Shown piece by piece: positions 29,907 to 32,000 of a DNA stretch of 32,000 nucleotides. Both the position numbers and the translations under genes were made by a program. The notes under the pieces are model-generated. The model was not told the DNA's origin, did no database searches, and was given only the letters and a program-made list of their open reading frames with translations. Source of the DNA: Nitratidesulfovibrio vulgaris str. Hildenborough (GTDB lineage: Bacteria; Desulfobacterota; Desulfovibrionia; Desulfovibrionales; Desulfovibrionaceae); assembly GCF_000195755.1 (NCBI RefSeq), contig NC_002937.3:1110001-1142000 (forward strand), in the 5' to 3' direction. Position 1 is the first letter of the stretch. Every line of letters begins with the position of its first letter.

Positions 29907-31349
29907 ATGGACTACGACGCCGACCTGTTGGTCATCGGGGGCGGGGCCGCAGGGTTGACTGTGGCCGCCGGTGCGGCCCGGCTGGGTGCCCGTGTGGTTC
30001 TGGCCGACAGGGGGCCGACCCTTGGCGGAGACTGCCTTCATCATGGCTGTGTGCCCAGCAAGACGCTCATCGCCTCGGCAAGGGCACGGAGGACCATGCG
30101 TGATGCCCCACGTTTCGGGTTGCCGGAGGTGGCACTCCCCCCCGTGGACTTCAAGGCCGTAGCCGCGCATATCGCGGGGGTGCAGTCTGTCATCCAGAAG
30201 CACGATTCTGTCGAGCGCTTCAGCGGGTTGGGGGTCGAGGTGCGCTTCGGCGATGCGGTGTTCGTCGATGAGCATACCGTGGCGGTGGAAGGACGACGCA
30301 TTTCGGCGAGGCGCATCGTGGTGGCAACGGGGTCGTCTCCGCAAATCCCCGCCTTCCCCGGTCTCGCAGATACCCCCTATCTGACCAATCGTGACATCTT
30401 CACGCTTGAGACGCTGCCCGCATCCCTGATTGTGCTGGGGGGCGGCCCCATCGCTGTCGAGATGGCACAGGCCTTCGCGCGTCTGGGCTCACGGGTGGTG
30501 CTCGTCCAGCGGGGGGGGCACATCCTTTCGCGTGAGGATGCCGATATGGCGGCGGTCGTCCATGAGGCCCTAGAACAGGATGGCGTGCGCATCATGACAG
30601 GGGCGACGGTCGAGGTTGCCCGTCGTCAGGACGCCGGTGTTGTCGTGACCGTGCGGGTGGGCGATGAGCATGTCGACGTTCACGGAGAGCGTCTTCTTGT
30701 CGCGCTCGGTCGTACGCCGAATGTCGAAGGACTGCACCTTGGCAATGCCGGTGTGGTCTTCTCTGAACGTGGCGTGCCGGTGGACGCCCGGATGAGGACG
30801 TCGCAGTCGCATATCCTTGCGGCGGGCGATGTCACGGGGGCGTGGCAGTTCACCCATGCAGCCGGGTACGAGGGGTCGGTCGTGGTCGCCAATGCCGTGT
30901 TGCGTCTGCCGCGAAAGGCGAAGTACGACCGGATGCCGTGGTGCACGTTCACCGACCCGGAGTTGGCCTCTGTGGGGCTCAATGAGCGCGAAGCGCATCG
31001 GCAGGGCATCGGCGTGGACGTGCATACCGAATCGTTCTCCAGTAATGACAGGGCGCTGGCAGAAGGAACGGCCTGCGGGCTTTTGAAGCTGGTACTCGCA
31101 CGCGGGACGCAGCGGGTGCTTGGTGTCCAGATTGCGGGACCGCACGCAGGCGAACTCATCAACGGCTGGTGCATGGCGCTTGGCGGCGGGGTAAGGTTGA
31201 CCACCCTCGCCGGAGGGGTCATGCCCTATCCCACGCTGGGCGAGATTTCACGCCGTGTGGCGGGGAACATCGTCTCCGAGGCGTTGTTTTCGGACAAGGT
31301 GCGCAATGTGCTCTGTACTCTTTTCCGCTACCGCGGCAAGGGCTGCTGA
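29907..31349 (+). CDS. Class I pyridine nucleotide-disulfide oxidoreductase (dihydrolipoamide dehydrogenase / MerA-like flavoprotein)
   Basis: FAD fold VIGGGAAGLTVA, redox disulfide GGDCLHHGCVPSK, NAD fold VLGGGPIAVEMA and a dimerisation domain containing YPTLGE. Confidence 0.9.
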   Translation: MDYDADLLVIGGGAAGLTVAAGAARLGARVVLADRGPTLGGDCLHHGCVPSKTLIASARARRTMRDAPRFGLPEVALPPVDFKAVAAHIAGVQSVIQKHDSVERFSGLGVEVRFGDAVFVDEHTVAVEGRRISARRIVVATGSSPQIPAFPGLADTPYLTNRDIFTLETLPASLIVLGGGPIAVEMAQAFARLGSRVVLVQRGGHILSREDADMAAVVHEALEQDGVRIMTGATVEVARRQDAGVVVTVRVGDEHVDVHGERLLVALGRTPNVEGLHLGNAGVVFSERGVPVDARMRTSQSHILAAGDVTGAWQFTHAAGYEGSVVVANAVLRLPRKAKYDRMPWCTFTDPELASVGLNEREAHRQGIGVDVHTESFSSNDRALAEGTACGLLKLVLARGTQRVLGVQIAGPHAGELINGWCMALGGGVRLTTLAGGVMPYPTLGEISRRVAGNIVSEALFSDKVRNVLCTLFRYRGKGC

Positions 31350-31380
31350 CGTCTTCTGTCCGACTGGCGCAGAAACAGGA

Positions 31381-31411
31381 AGCCCCCCGGCATCGGCGAT
31401 GCGGGGGGCTT
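31381..31411. terminator. Strong hairpin between convergent genes (oxidoreductase gene and hisA)
   Basis: agccccccg...cggggggct, a perfect 9-bp stem that extends imperfectly through gcatc/gatgc. It is followed by ttgcatttgt. Confidence 0.7.
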
Positions 31412-31451
31412 TGCATTTGTCAGTGGCGTGGGCGCAACTGCCTCTACGAGG

Positions 31452-32000
31452 TCAGCATGCTTCCGCCTTCTCCTGCTGGCGTATCCAGTCCATGGCGGTA
31501 CGCAGGTCGAGGGTCCCTTCGTAGATGGCACGTCCGGAGACGGCCCCCTGAAGGTTGGTGGTGCGTGACAGCGGGTAGAGTGCCTTCACGTCTTCAAGCG
31601 TGGCGACGCCCCCGGCTGCGATGACGGGCACCGTGCTAGCCTTGGCAAGATGTTCGAGCGCAGGCAGGTTCACACCGGTCTGCATCCCGTCACGGTCTAT
31701 GTCGGTGTAGATGATGAAGGCCGTGCCCGCCTCAAGCAGTCTGGGCAGCACCTCGTCCACGGTGAGACCGGAGTCGGCGACCCACCCCTTTGTCTTCAGC
31801 TTGCCGCCCTCGGCATCCAGCGAAACGCCGATGCGACCGGGGAATTCCGCGCAGAGTGCGGCATAGGCATCAGGTTCTTCAAGGGCGATGGTGCCGATGA
31901 TGAGGCGTTCGACCCCGGCTTCGAGGTAGGCTTTGGCGGTGGCTGCGTCACGGATGCCCCCGCCAAGCTGGACAGGTATGTCCAGCGCGTCGCAGATGCT
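31452..32000 (-). CDS. hisA: HisA (ProFAR isomerase), 3' portion; the 5' end lies beyond the window end
   Basis: Hand translation stays open to position 32000: [111 protein letters not shown]...[12 protein letters not shown]. The track shows only the part from an internal GTG. Confidence 0.9.
   Translation of the reverse strand, partial: SICDALDIPVQLGGGIRDAATAKAYLEAGVERLIIGTIALEEPDAYAALCAEFPGRIGVSLDAEGGKLKTKGWVADSGLTVDEVLPRLLEAGTAFIIYTDIDRDGMQTGVNLPALEHLAKASTVPVIAAGGVATLEDVKALYPLSRTTNLQGAVSGRAIYEGTLDLRTAMDWIRQQEKAEAC

Noticed and set aside
29298-30344. 348-aa minus-strand ORF
   Set aside because: It is antisense to the TVP38 and oxidoreductase genes and has shadow-frame composition.
30511-30518. 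G8 homopolymer inside the oxidoreductase CDS as a phase-variation site
   Set aside because: It encodes in-frame RGG within the conserved NAD-domain region of a housekeeping-type enzyme. There is no evidence of a frameshifted copy.
29907-31349. Calling the flavoprotein mercuric reductase (merA)
   Set aside because: There is no NmerA GMTCxxC domain, no C-terminal Cys-Cys pair and no mer operon context. Only the generic class I PNDR features are present.

Overview
This is a visibly GC-rich, Desulfovibrio-like chromosomal window. I believe it matches the D. vulgaris Hildenborough region around upp, but I cannot verify that here.

The left 14 kb is one coherent accessory module:
- The 5' ~1705 codons of a giant repeat adhesin sit on the minus strand. 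The ORF track omits it because it has no in-window stop.
- A dedicated TolC gene lies immediately upstream of the adhesin on the same strand.
- A divergent, tightly coupled four-gene operon encodes a T1SS ABC transporter, an HlyD-type membrane fusion protein, a BTLCP (LapG-like) cysteine protease and a two-TM receptor.
- The receptor has a large periplasmic domain, a PAS domain and an HD-GYP domain. The GYP motif is intact but most metal ligands are substituted.
- The adhesin carries a P-A-A-G di-alanine motif at residues 105-108, where LapG-type proteases cut LapA-type adhesins.

Together this looks like a Lap-type inside-out adhesin-release system. A degenerate HD-GYP receptor replaces the canonical GGDEF-EAL LapD.

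The remaining 18 kb is housekeeping:
- a two-gene SufC/SufBD Fe-S system, and an RluD-CoaE fusion followed by a rhomboid protease
- upp, a uracil permease, cmk, hisC, a universal stress protein and a PncC/CinA-type amidohydrolase
- glk with a coupled unknown gene, a TVP38/DedA membrane protein paired with a MerA-like flavoprotein, and the 3' part of hisA
- two poorly characterised proteins

I saw no tRNA, rRNA, CRISPR array or IS element. Many long antisense ORFs in the track are GC-driven shadows.
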